From assembly GCA_963809485.1 (NCBI GenBank), contig CAWEJX010000015.1, forward strand, positions 96,001 to 160,000: a stretch of DNA of 64,000 nucleotides. The letters are read 5' to 3'. How positions within the stretch are numbered: the first letter of the stretch is position 1; the number at the start of each line of letters is the position of its first letter. The notes beneath the pieces were generated by a model. It saw only the letters and a program-made list of their open reading frames with translations. It ran no database searches and was not told the DNA's origin. The position numbers and the translations under genes are program-made. This document shows positions 9,215 through 18,635 of the stretch, in pieces. The stretch is from an uncultured Acidobacteriota bacterium. GTDB lineage: Bacteria > Acidobacteriota > UBA6911.

Positions 9215-10369
9215 ATGGATGTATCGGAGTTGATTGCCGCTTTTCGGGCCCGTTACGGCTCCGATCCACGGATATTTTGCGCCCCCGGACGCGTGAACCT
9301 GATCGGCGAACACACCGATTACGGCTCAGGCTTCGTCCTGCCCATGGCCATCGATCGGGGCATAGCCGTGGCCATTGTCGCGCGTCCCGGCCGGAAACTG
9401 CGTGTCTGGTCGATCAACCTGGAGGCTGCCGCGGAACTGGACCTCGACCGGCCGGGTCGCGGGCGCAGCGGCACATGGACGGATTACGTTGAAGGCATCG
9501 TGTCCGCAATATCCGCCCCGGGCAATCTTCTTGTCGGGGCCGATATCGCATTGAAGAGCGACGTTAGCATAGGCGGCGGATTGGCCTCTTCGGCGGCGCT
9601 GGAGATGGCTGTGGGCGCCGCTCTCATCAGCCTCTCGGGCATTCGGATGGACAAAACTTCCTTGGCGCTCGCAGGTCAGACCGCGGAGCACGTTCATGTG
9701 GGTATCCAAAGTGGAATTATGGATCAGTACGTTTCCGTGCACGCTTTGGAGGACCATGCAATCCTGCTCGACTGCCGCTCCCTGGAAGCCCGGCAAATAC
9801 CGCTGCATTTATGCGGCCATGAAATCGTCATCTGCGACAGTCGCGTGCGCCACACCCTGGCCTCGTCGGAGTACAACCGGCGCCGGCAGGATTGCGAGTC
9901 GGGGGTTAAGCTTCTGAGTTCCGCCCTCCCCGGCATTCGGGCTTTGCGGGACGTCTCCTCGCCGGAGTTTGAGGCGCACAGATCCTTGCTGCCCGAAATC
10001 GTTGAGCGCCGCTGCCGGCATGTCATAGGCGAAAATGCCCGGACGCTTCAGGCGGCCCGCGCCCTGGCCGAGGGAAGAATGCAGGAGATGGGCTCGCTGA
10101 TGTCCGCGTCCCATCGATCCCTGCGGGATGACTATGAGGTCAGTTGCCGTGAACTGGACCTGCTGGTGAACATCGCCGAAGATCAGCCGGGCGTTTTGGG
10201 CTCCAGGATGACGGGGGGCGGGTTTGGCGGCTGCACGGTCAGCCTGGTAGAAAGCCGCCGGGTAGAATCGTTTTGCGAAGCGGTTTCAGGCAAGTACAAG
10301 GCCGCGGCCGGAATCACTCCGGACATTTTCCCTGTCCGCGCCAGTGCCGGCGCTCACGAGATTACATAA
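9215..10369 (+). CDS. galK: Galactokinase
   Basis: APGRVNLIGEHTDY, GGGLASSAA, GIMDQ, SHRSLRDDYEVS, SRMTGGGFGGC. Confidence 0.97.
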   Translation: MDVSELIAAFRARYGSDPRIFCAPGRVNLIGEHTDYGSGFVLPMAIDRGIAVAIVARPGRKLRVWSINLEAAAELDLDRPGRGRSGTWTDYVEGIVSAISAPGNLLVGADIALKSDVSIGGGLASSAALEMAVGAALISLSGIRMDKTSLALAGQTAEHVHVGIQSGIMDQYVSVHALEDHAILLDCRSLEARQIPLHLCGHEIVICDSRVRHTLASSEYNRRRQDCESGVKLLSSALPGIRALRDVSSPEFEAHRSLLPEIVERRCRHVIGENARTLQAARALAEGRMQEMGSLMSASHRSLRDDYEVSCRELDLLVNIAEDQPGVLGSRMTGGGFGGCTVSLVESRRVESFCEAVSGKYKAAAGITPDIFPVRASAGAHEIT

Positions 10370-10377
10370 ATAATCCA

Positions 10378-10438
10378 ACCACGAAACACACGAAAAACAC
10401 GAAATTATAATTTTGCGTATTTCGTGACTTTCGTGGTC
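10378..10438. repeat. Palindrome of 9-bp CACGAAA units between convergent genes
   Basis: ACCACGAAA-CACACGAAA-AACACGAAA, AT-rich spacer, TTTGCGTA-TTTCGTGAC-TTTCGTGGT. Confidence 0.8.
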
Positions 10439-10457
10439 AGATTTTGCTGATCCCGCT

Positions 10458-11066
10458 CTACTTGCGTTTCTTCCTGTAGACGTCCGCGTACGCCCGCCTC
10501 AACGGAGCCACGCAATACTGGTGGATGAGCTCCATAAAAATGGGCGGATCGGAAACGAGATCTTCGAGGTACTCCTCTTCTACACCGAAAGCCAGGCGCA
10601 CGATGTCGGCTTTCCCTTCCCTTGTCTCGATCTTGATGCTGTCCTGCACATCCTCCTGCAGGATGAAGATCTCTCCGTTGCGGACTTTTTTCAGCTTCTT
10701 GAATCCCTCGACCGGCTTGTCGCTGTTGGCCAGATAGTAGTCGGCGAGCCGGCGCGCGAGTTCGTTGTAGTTGAAATTCGGGACCTTGTTGTTGACGCTC
10801 ACTTCGAGGCAGCAGTTGTCCGCCTCCTGGAGCAGGCTCAAGCCATAGGTAAAATCGAGGTCGCCTTTGTTGAACTTAATCCTGTGGCCGGTTTCGTCAT
10901 GAAAGCGTTTCAGTTCTTCAGGGACCTGCAGGTCGGGATTCTCGGCTTTTTTTTCAGAAGTGACGTAATAATCGCTGACGCTCAGGTACCACTGATCGAT
11001 GATGGCTTCCAGCGCTTTGTCAATCAGTGAAACAGTTTTGGGTGGAATCTTCCTCTTTCCAGGCAA
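10458..11066 (-). CDS. Hypothetical cytoplasmic protein
   Basis: 202-aa ORF, GAGGA SD before a TTG start, protein-like composition. Confidence 0.7.
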   Translation of the reverse strand: MPGKRKIPPKTVSLIDKALEAIIDQWYLSVSDYYVTSEKKAENPDLQVPEELKRFHDETGHRIKFNKGDLDFTYGLSLLQEADNCCLEVSVNNKVPNFNYNELARRLADYYLANSDKPVEGFKKLKKVRNGEIFILQEDVQDSIKIETREGKADIVRLAFGVEEEYLEDLVSDPPIFMELIHQYCVAPLRRAYADVYRKKRK

Positions 11067-11165
11067 TCGTGTAGTCCTCGGGTTAGGTTAACAAGCAGCT
11101 ATCGGCAGTTGCCTGCCGGACGCAGCAGTATATCACGGAGTTTTTCGGATGTGGAATTGATTCAT

Positions 11166-11194
11166 TTGACAGTGTGCGGAGTATCGGGGATAAT
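11166..11194 (+). promoter_or_regulatory. Sigma70 promoter of tRNA-Ala
   Basis: TTGACA (11166-11171), 17 bp, GATAAT (11189-11194). Confidence 0.7.
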
Positions 11195-11216
11195 TCGGTG
11201 CCGTCATGCTGCATAT

Positions 11217-11292
<76 letters not shown>

Positions 11293-11297
11293 ATATT

Positions 11298-11879
11298 CTA
11301 CTTCGCCAGCACGGGAAATCTGAAAACCAGCACAACATAGGCGTGCGAGGGGACCTCTTTCCCGCGGCTGTCCGCCGCAGGCACGAATTCCCATTCCCGG
11401 ACGGCATTGATGGAGGTTTCCGTCACGGCTCCCAGTGACTTGATGGCGCGCACATCGGCGACCCGTCCTTCGGCAGAAACATCCGCCCGCAGGACCACGC
11501 TCCCTCTGGCCATGGCGTTGGCAGGATAGGCAGGAGAAGTCACGGATCGGGGGTACGGCAGGGATGAAGCCGCCTTTCCGGGGCCGACAGCCTGCCTGGA
11601 GCTGCCCACAGAATAGAGCTGCGGCGCGCGAAAGTGCACGACAATCAATACACGATCGCCCTGCTCCTGGGGCAAAGCCCATTGAGCCAGTGCCGATTTG
11701 CATGAGCCGGCGAACGGCTCTTCACCCGAAAGGATCCCGACATTTTTCACCGCCCCGGCCGCGAGCTCGAGCTCGGCGACGACCGTGCCTCCTCCCGCTG
11801 CGCTCGGCGGGTATAAAGGTTCCACGACCGAAAGACCGTCGGCAAACATGAATAGAAATGCAAAGGCTATTGATTTCAT
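11298..11879 (-). CDS. Exported protein with tandem TonB C-terminal-like domains
   Basis: Two copies of P.YP..A...G.V...V...G.V...A...W.F.P. Confidence 0.75.
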   Translation of the reverse strand: MKSIAFAFLFMFADGLSVVEPLYPPSAAGGGTVVAELELAAGAVKNVGILSGEEPFAGSCKSALAQWALPQEQGDRVLIVVHFRAPQLYSVGSSRQAVGPGKAASSLPYPRSVTSPAYPANAMARGSVVLRADVSAEGRVADVRAIKSLGAVTETSINAVREWEFVPAADSRGKEVPSHAYVVLVFRFPVLAK

Positions 11880-11910
11880 TCTTTAAGCGTAAGCCCGGCC
11901 GCGGGCAAGT

Positions 11911-13398
11911 TCAAGCGCCGCTGAATTCGCGGTCGCGGACCGTGGTTGTGTCGTGCAGGGTGATCTCGAACTCAGGCAGCAGTATGGACTGAAGAGTGTG
12001 GACCGCCTGGAACAGCGTGGAACGCACGCCGGCGTCTTTCTCCATGCAAAGATGCTCCTTGAGCGCGCGCAAGGCGTCCTCGGAGGCCACGGTGGCCAAA
12101 GCGTGCACGGCGGCCCGGCGCAGGGAGGGCATCTCGTTGTTCAGGTAGCGGCGCAAATACCGTATGCTTCGCTGCTTCCCGGTTCGCGCCAGGGGAAGCA
12201 ACGCATGCGCGGCGGATTCGGGATGCTCCATCAGATATTCCCGGATCGCGTGAAAAGCCTCATCGGAGCCGATCTTCCCCAAGGCTTCCAGCGCATGCTC
12301 GGTGAGAAAAGGATCTCTCAGGTCGTTCAGGATCAGGCAGGTGGCTGCCTGTATTTTCAGCTCTCCAAGAACCCGTATGAGCCCCCAGCGCACGTGGTCT
12401 TCTTCTTCCGAATAAAGCTTCAGGATTGCCTTTGCTTCGGAGGGATCGATTTTGTCGACCATATCCCTCACGGCGGCAAGCCGTTCCCTGGCGGTGCCGG
12501 TTCTTAAAACAGCAAACCAGGCCTCGATGCGGTCTGTTTTGGCGGGCAGCCGGACCGGATCATCCGATGCGCGCAGCGCCCGGATGTAGGCAACTGAAAC
12601 CTTATCCGGATCCCATCCGATTTCCTCCCCGCACTTCACCATTTCCGTCAAAAGGAAACCGGCGTGAGGGAATCTATGTTCCGGCTCGAAGGCCAGGCAT
12701 TTTTCCAAAATTTTCTGCAGAAATTCGGGAAAACCGTTTTGAACGTCGCGCGGCCAGGGGAAGGTGCCCAGAGGGGGGAATCCCATCAGCATCTCATAAA
12801 AAATCGCGCCCAGGGAGAAGACATCGGACCGCTGACTGGGTTTCTGGGTTGCGAAACGCTGCTCGGGCGACTGGTAGCCGATTGCGCCCAGGATCCCTCC
12901 CGGCGGTCCGGCACTGGCCCTGTCGATGTCCAGCACCCGCGCTATGTCGAAATCGGAGATCACCGGCGAGCCGTCCGGCCGGAGCAGGATGTTGGATGGC
13001 TTCAGCTCCAGGTGAAGGACGCCTTTGCTGTGAGCGTGCGCCATGGCCTCGCAGATGCCGGTGAACAGCCCGGCGGCCTTTTCCAGAGGCAGGATGCCGC
13101 GAGCCAGCAGGCGGTTAAGGTTGCCGCCTGCAAGGTACTCCATCGCGTAGTAGCAGCAGTCTTCAAAAACGCCTATGTCCAGGATTTTGATGATGCCCGG
13201 GTGCGCAAGCCGCTTGATGACCTCCAGTTCGCGCAAAAAACTGGCAAGCGCCGAGGGCTTGACAGTGGTCCGTTTGCCGAAAATTTTGCAGACGCGCTTT
13301 TCCCGCGTGCGCGGGTTGGCGGCGAGGTAGGAGTCGGAAACCCTGCCGGAGCCGATGTGCCGGACAATAAAAAAATCGCCGATTTTTTTCCTCAGCAT
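11911..13398 (-). CDS. Ser/Thr kinase-like (probable pseudokinase) fused to HEAT repeats
   Basis: Hanks fold (HPGIIKI, YQSPEQ, SDVFSLG) with HLELKPSN and SDFDIA in place of HRD and DFG; C-terminal LG/ALEALGKIG HEAT repeats. Confidence 0.85.
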   Translation of the reverse strand: MLRKKIGDFFIVRHIGSGRVSDSYLAANPRTREKRVCKIFGKRTTVKPSALASFLRELEVIKRLAHPGIIKILDIGVFEDCCYYAMEYLAGGNLNRLLARGILPLEKAAGLFTGICEAMAHAHSKGVLHLELKPSNILLRPDGSPVISDFDIARVLDIDRASAGPPGGILGAIGYQSPEQRFATQKPSQRSDVFSLGAIFYEMLMGFPPLGTFPWPRDVQNGFPEFLQKILEKCLAFEPEHRFPHAGFLLTEMVKCGEEIGWDPDKVSVAYIRALRASDDPVRLPAKTDRIEAWFAVLRTGTARERLAAVRDMVDKIDPSEAKAILKLYSEEEDHVRWGLIRVLGELKIQAATCLILNDLRDPFLTEHALEALGKIGSDEAFHAIREYLMEHPESAAHALLPLARTGKQRSIRYLRRYLNNEMPSLRRAAVHALATVASEDALRALKEHLCMEKDAGVRSTLFQAVHTLQSILLPEFEITLHDTTTVRDREFSGA

Positions 13399-13458
13399 CG
13401 CCGCTTCTCCAACGATTCAGTTATCGGCGGCGCCGGGAATGCGCAATACAAAAAAACG

Positions 13459-13545
13459 CTGCTGAGAAAATGGTATTTATTTATATTATTTCAGCGTGCG
13501 TCAGCGCTAAAATTTATGGACGAGCCTCCGGAGCCGTCCTTCACC
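13459..13545 (+). repeat. TCAGCG element copy 2 (two units) followed by an inverted REP-like hairpin
   Basis: CTGCTGAGAAAATGGTATTTAT...TCAGCGTGCGTCAGCGCTAAAATTTATGG then GGACGAGCCTCCGGAGCCGTCCTTCACC. Confidence 0.8.
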
Positions 13546-13558
13546 AAAACCCGGAGGG

Positions 13559-14107
13559 TTATTTCAGTTCCTGCCTGGCTTGTCGGAGGATTTTATCCTG
13601 CCCGATCATGCTGCCCTGGTTATAGATCCTATAAGTGGTGTCGAGCAGTTCCTTGGCTTTTTTCTGGAGCGGATTCCCGATCAGGTAGGCCTTGGCGAAG
13701 CAGTTCACCGCCTTCTCCAGGTTTTTTTCCTTCCTGAAAACCACTCCCTGGAAAAAGTAGGCCTCCCCGAACTTCGGCCGGACTTTCAGCGCGCGTTCGC
13801 AAAGGCCTTTCAGCGCGATGGAGTTGTCCTGTTTCATCAGCGTCTCGAGGTCCTTGGCGAAAAGGTTGTCGCAATAGGCCCGCAGCTTGAGATCGAGGTC
13901 GGGCCTCTCACCGTAAAACTTAATCAGCTGGTCCGCCCGTTTGACCGGTTGGGTTATCGCCGCGATTTTTTGAATGCGGTCGTAATCTTCCTTGTATTTG
14001 ATCTGGGCAAGCGTTTCGTCCTGAGCCCGGACGGCGGCGGGCAAAACCAGAGAAAGAATCAGAACGGGAAGGAAGAACCCTGCGAAAAAAATTTTATATT
14101 CGCGCAT
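13559..14107 (-). CDS. Exported TPR-like protein
   Basis: Signal peptide (…AVRA-QD); TPR pattern ALKVRPKFGEAYFFQGVVF...KAVNCFAKA. Confidence 0.7.
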   Translation of the reverse strand: MREYKIFFAGFFLPVLILSLVLPAAVRAQDETLAQIKYKEDYDRIQKIAAITQPVKRADQLIKFYGERPDLDLKLRAYCDNLFAKDLETLMKQDNSIALKGLCERALKVRPKFGEAYFFQGVVFRKEKNLEKAVNCFAKAYLIGNPLQKKAKELLDTTYRIYNQGSMIGQDKILRQARQELK

Positions 14108-14169
14108 TGTGCCATTCTCCTAAATGCCTATTTACAAATGTGGACCGGGATGCTAAAACCTTCTTGCTC

Positions 14170-14245
14170 GGGCGCCTAGCTCAGCTGGTAGAGCACTGCG
14201 ATCACACCGCAGGGGTCACAGGTTCGAGTCCTGTGGCGCCCACCA
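14170..14245 (+). tRNA. tRNA-Val (anticodon CAC)
   Basis: 76-nt cloverleaf; GGGCGCC/GGCGCCC acceptor; CTGCG-ATCACAC-CGCAG anticodon arm; TTCGA; encoded CCA. Confidence 0.95.
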
Positions 14246-14459
14246 ATTTCCTTTTCTGCCATCTATTTTCCAATTCAGCTTCATACCCGATATATAATTC
14301 ATACGAAAATGCATGAGCCCCGGGGCAATGCGCGTAGTCTGCCACGACCGTCGATTCGTTTGCAAGTCCCGCACGCCTTTGGATGGCTTCGGCATTTTCG
14401 CAGGCAGAACGGGGAAGTATTAGTTTGAGTGAGGACGGGTCTCCACAGATCCATTAATC

Positions 14460-14761
14460 TATTTTCTGTCGCGAAACTCGGGTTTTGCGAGGAAACCGGA
14501 TTTTTGGGCAATCGATAGGATATTTGATATTACATGGAAGCCGGAAATTGGAGCCGGGCCGCGTAGCGGCCAGTTGAATTTAGCCAGGCCTTTTAAGGCC
14601 TGGATCTAAAAAGATTAGGGTTTCCGTCGCGTAGCGACGGCTGAATCTCAGGCGTCGCTACGCGACGCGCTGTTCGCAATACCATGGTTCCCGGCCTTGA
14701 AAGGCCGGGCTAAAATCATAGTGCCGCTACGCGGCACAAACCGGTTTCGCGACAGACACTA
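14460..14761. mobile_element. Putative MITE (~300 bp) with 18-bp TIRs
   Basis: TATTTTCTGTCGCGAAAC (14460-14477) vs reverse complement of 14744-14761 TAGTGTCTGTCGCGAAAC, 16/18 identical; no ORF inside. Confidence 0.55.
14558..14735. repeat. Nested REP/BIME-like palindrome with GTAG-loop hairpins
   Basis: GCCGCGTAGCGGC...TAGCCAGGCCTTTTAAGGCCTGG...CGTCGCGTAGCGACG mirrored by CGTCGCTACGCGACG...CCCGGCCTTGAAAGGCCGGGCTA...GCCGCTACGCGGC. Confidence 0.85.
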
Positions 14762-14766
14762 ATTTG

Positions 14767-14795
14767 GTGAAGACGGGGCTCCAGCCCCGTCCGAC
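14767..14795 (+). repeat. REP-like hairpin (GTGAAG family)
   Basis: GACGGGGC-TCCA-GCCCCGTC perfect stem; partial copy at 14429-14445. Confidence 0.65.
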
Positions 14796-14876
14796 GTAGC
14801 GTAGATGATTAAATAAAAATCCAGGTCGCAAGTTATCTTTTTAACCTATGACTGGTAACCTTCAACCTGAATCGCT

Positions 14877-17864
14877 ATGACTGCCGAGATGATGGCCCAT
14901 TATGAAGTGCTGGAAAAGCTTGGTGCCGGAGGCATGGGCGTCGTGCACCGGGCCCGCGACACCAAGCTCGGACGCGAAGTCGCGCTGAAGCTGCTGCCCG
15001 AAAACCTCGCCGCCGATCCCGTTTACCTGCAGAGGTTCCAGCGCGAAGCCCGCGCAGCCTCGGCCTTGAACCATCCGAACATCTGCACCATTTACGAAAT
15101 AGGAGAGCACGAGGGCCGGCACTACATCGCCATGGAAATGCTCGAAGGGCAAACCCTGCGCGGCATGATCCAGGGCAAGCCCCTGCCGGTCGATCAGATC
15201 CTGCGCATCGCCCTGCAGATCGCCGACGCCCTGGAGGCGGCGCACGCCAAAGGGATCGTGCACCGGGACATCAAGCCCGCCAATATTTTCGTCACGCAGC
15301 GCGGGCATGTCAAAGTGCTCGATTTCGGCCTCGCGAAGCTGGCCGCGTCGAGCCGCGCTCCGGCTCCCGGTGAACCGGGCTCCGCGGAACCGCGCGAAAT
15401 CCCGGCGGAGTATGTCAGCACTCCTCACGCCGCGATCGGCACGCTCCCCTATATGTCACCCGAGCAGGCGCTGGGCGAGGAAATCGACGCCCGCTCCGAT
15501 CTTTTCTCTCTCGGATCGGTGCTCTACGAGCTGTCGACGGGCTTTCCCCCTTTCACGGGCAACACCCAGCCGCTACTGTTCCAGGAGATTCTGACGCGCA
15601 CACCCATACCGCCCGGGCGGCTGAACCGCGAATTGCCGTCCAAACTGGACGACATCATCGGCAAGCTGCTCGAAAAGGACCGGGACCTCCGCCAACAGAC
15701 CGCGGCGGATCTTTGTGCCGATCTGAAGCGGCTGAAACGCGATCTGGACCTCCAGCGCGGCCTGGCCTCCGGGCCGGGAATATCCGCAATCCAGGGAACA
15801 GGTCCGGCGCCTGCTGCCGCAGCCTATGCTGCGCCGACGGCGCTTGACGTAAAAACGCGCGGCGGTAAGATCGCGGCTATCTTCCGGACCCTGCGCAGGC
15901 CGCGTTTCGCATTGCCGGCAGCCGGACTGGTCCTGCTCCTGGCGGCGCTCGCCGTTTTCTGGAGCATTCGGAGTTCGACCTACTACCCATGCATCGAAAT
16001 CGGCGAATTCTCAGGCGGATCCGAGTCGCTGGATGCCGAGATGGTGGGGCTCGCGCTCAAGAGAACGCTCTCCCAATTCCCCGACATCACCGTAGTGGAT
16101 CGCCAGGAGTTCAGCAACCTGCTGACCGTGGAAAAAACCCGCAGGGAGGCGGAGCGGTCCAAGGAACAAAATCCCGGTCTGCTCCGGCGTCTGACACTCT
16201 GGCGGCCGGATGTCCGTGAGCCTTCGGTCACGGTCAGCGGGCGAGTCAGCGACTCGCTTGGCCAGTCGGAAATCAGGCTGGAATGCACTGTCCGGGGGAA
16301 AAAAGATACCTATGTCAGCCGATTCCGCGGAGTGGACCAGTTGCTGAACACGGGCATCGATGCGCTGGCTTTGTATACGCTGAAACAATACGACGCGCGG
16401 CTGGCCGGCCGCCACCTTGACGGCCGGCAGGCGGACCACCGCACGGCGGTTCAGTTGCTTTCCCCGCGCTGGGACGCGCTGCGGCATTATTACCGCGGGG
16501 CGCGGGCTTGGGAACGTCTCGACATGAACGCGTCGGAGCGCGAGCTTCGGTCAGCGCTCGAGATCGACCCGAATTTCGCCCTTGCTCATCTCATGCTGGG
16601 GGAGGTGCGCGTCTTTCAGAACCAGTGGGATGCCGCCCAGTCGGAGATACTCTCCGCGCGCAAGCAGGCGGCGGCCCTCACCGAAGCCGACCAGCTGCGG
16701 GTCGAGGCCTTCCTGGCGCGCGTCTTCGGCAAGCCCTTCGAGGAAAGGGTCTATCTTCAAAAATTGATCGGACTGAAGCCTTACAAGCGGGAATACCTTT
16801 ATGAATTGGCCGAGTCCTATTTCCACACCGCCGATGCCGAGGAAGCTATCAGCAAATACCAGGACGCTCTGAGCCTCGACAACCGTTACGCCCTGGCCTA
16901 CAACCACATGGCCTATTGCTACGCGTGGATGGGCGAGCATGCGCGCGCGCTCGAAGCCTGCCGCCGCTATCTCGAGCTCGACCCTTCGGCCAATGCCTAC
17001 GACAGCCTGGGAGACGCTTACATGCAGGCGGGCGACTACGCCCGGGCCGCGGAGATGAAGACCAAAGCCATCCAGATGGATCCGCAGCTGTACTACGCCA
17101 GCCGCAACCTGGCCTTCATAGAAATGCTGTGCGGCCGCAATCGGGCCGCAGGCGAGAGGCTGAGACAGCTCCGGGCTTCCATCGACGACAGGTCGCAGGA
17201 GGCGCAGTATTACGCGGCGCTGGCGTTTTTGAATTATCGCAAAGGGGATCTGGAAACCGCGCTGAGCATGTGCGCGCAGGGCATGAAGCTCGTGGGCACG
17301 GTCCAGTATGACGCCCCGCACGACGAGCTGTTGTGGATCATCGGCCTGATCGAGCTGCAGCGCAATAACCTGCCCGCCGCCAGGCGCGCCCTCGCCCAGC
17401 TTGGCAACATCATCGCCTCCAATTCGATCACCGCCATGAACTACAAGCCTGCGTACAAGCATTGGCTGCATCTTCGCGCCCTGGTGCTGGCCCGTGAGGG
17501 CAAGATTCAGGAGGCCTCGGCGGCGATCAACGATCTCAAGTGGATCAAAGTCAAACTCGGGTACTGGAGCACCCCGTACGACCGGGCGTTTTTTTATGAT
17601 GCCATGGGGCAGATTTACGAAACCATGCAGCGCCTGCCAGAGGCGGAACAGGCCTATCAGGATGCCCTGTCGTACAACCCGAATTTTTCATTCGCGCGTT
17701 TTCACCTCGCCCGCCTGCTTTACAAAAAAGGCTCGGCGGCCGATGCGCGCAATGAGCTTGAAACATTTTTTAAAGGATGGCAGGAAGCCGATCCCGACGC
17801 GGCCGAACTGTTGGAAGCCCGCCGCCTGCAGCTGCAATTGGGTGCGACGCATGAAAAAAAGTGA
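14877..17864 (+). CDS. Membrane-anchored Hanks-type Ser/Thr kinase with TPR repeats
   Basis: [36 protein letters not shown]; one TM; many TPRs ([12 protein letters not shown]...). Confidence 0.95.
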   Translation: MTAEMMAHYEVLEKLGAGGMGVVHRARDTKLGREVALKLLPENLAADPVYLQRFQREARAASALNHPNICTIYEIGEHEGRHYIAMEMLEGQTLRGMIQGKPLPVDQILRIALQIADALEAAHAKGIVHRDIKPANIFVTQRGHVKVLDFGLAKLAASSRAPAPGEPGSAEPREIPAEYVSTPHAAIGTLPYMSPEQALGEEIDARSDLFSLGSVLYELSTGFPPFTGNTQPLLFQEILTRTPIPPGRLNRELPSKLDDIIGKLLEKDRDLRQQTAADLCADLKRLKRDLDLQRGLASGPGISAIQGTGPAPAAAAYAAPTALDVKTRGGKIAAIFRTLRRPRFALPAAGLVLLLAALAVFWSIRSSTYYPCIEIGEFSGGSESLDAEMVGLALKRTLSQFPDITVVDRQEFSNLLTVEKTRREAERSKEQNPGLLRRLTLWRPDVREPSVTVSGRVSDSLGQSEIRLECTVRGKKDTYVSRFRGVDQLLNTGIDALALYTLKQYDARLAGRHLDGRQADHRTAVQLLSPRWDALRHYYRGARAWERLDMNASERELRSALEIDPNFALAHLMLGEVRVFQNQWDAAQSEILSARKQAAALTEADQLRVEAFLARVFGKPFEERVYLQKLIGLKPYKREYLYELAESYFHTADAEEAISKYQDALSLDNRYALAYNHMAYCYAWMGEHARALEACRRYLELDPSANAYDSLGDAYMQAGDYARAAEMKTKAIQMDPQLYYASRNLAFIEMLCGRNRAAGERLRQLRASIDDRSQEAQYYAALAFLNYRKGDLETALSMCAQGMKLVGTVQYDAPHDELLWIIGLIELQRNNLPAARRALAQLGNIIASNSITAMNYKPAYKHWLHLRALVLAREGKIQEASAAINDLKWIKVKLGYWSTPYDRAFFYDAMGQIYETMQRLPEAEQAYQDALSYNPNFSFARFHLARLLYKKGSAADARNELETFFKGWQEADPDAAELLEARRLQLQLGATHEKK

Positions 17865-18528
17865 AACAGGGATGCGCAGGATCCGAGGAGTGCTTTTCGA
17901 TCTGGACGGCGTCATCGTCGACACGCTGCATTACCACTACCTGGCGTGGAAGCATATGTTCGAAAAATTCGGCGGCAGCATCAGCGAGCAAACGGTGCTC
18001 CTGCACGAGGGAAGAAGCTCGCGTGAAATCCTTCCAATACTCATGCAGGAGTCCGGTATAAATATCCCCGAGCACCAGCGCGATGCATTTATCGAGGAAA
18101 AGCGCGCCTATTACCGGAGCATCGTTCAGGTCGAGCAGTACGCGCACGCTTTCGAAGTCATTGACGAGCTGAAGGGACGCGGATTCAAAGTCGCGCTTGT
18201 GACCGCCTGCGCCTTGAAGAACATGCAGCACTCGCTCGACAGCGAGAGGCAGGCGCACTTTGATTTCATCATCACGGGAGACGAGGTTGCTCGCGCCAAG
18301 CCGTTTCCCGATCCCTATCTTGCCGCAGCCGGGCAGCTCGGGCTCGAGCCGTCGGAATGCCTGGTAGTGGAAAACGCACCGCTGGGAATCGAGGCAGCCA
18401 GGAATGCCGGGATGTTGTGCGTAGCTATCGAAACAACCCTGGGGAAGGAATATCTGGCAGCCGCCGACTGCATCCTGCAGAAAATCGCCGACCTCCCTTC
18501 CCTCCCCCTCCTCACCCCCCCCGCATAA
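17851..18528 (+). CDS. HAD-family phosphatase (beta-phosphoglucomutase-like)
   Basis: [29 protein letters not shown]; overlaps the kinase stop; alternative start 17872. Confidence 0.9.
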   Translation: MKKSETGMRRIRGVLFDLDGVIVDTLHYHYLAWKHMFEKFGGSISEQTVLLHEGRSSREILPILMQESGINIPEHQRDAFIEEKRAYYRSIVQVEQYAHAFEVIDELKGRGFKVALVTACALKNMQHSLDSERQAHFDFIITGDEVARAKPFPDPYLAAAGQLGLEPSECLVVENAPLGIEAARNAGMLCVAIETTLGKEYLAAADCILQKIADLPSLPLLTPPA

Positions 18529-18623
18529 CATTAACTGCTGAGTAAATAGTATTTATAATTTTTCAGCGTGGGTCAGCGTTTATCGGCGTGCGTCAGCGTT
18601 AAAATCTATGGGCGAGCCTCACC
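18528..18623 (+). repeat. TCAGCG element copy 3
   Basis: ACATTAACTGCTGAGTAAATAGTATTTATAATTTT plus four 10-bp units plus AAATCTATGGGCGAGCCTCACC. Confidence 0.9.
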
Positions 18624-18635
18624 AAAATATTTACT

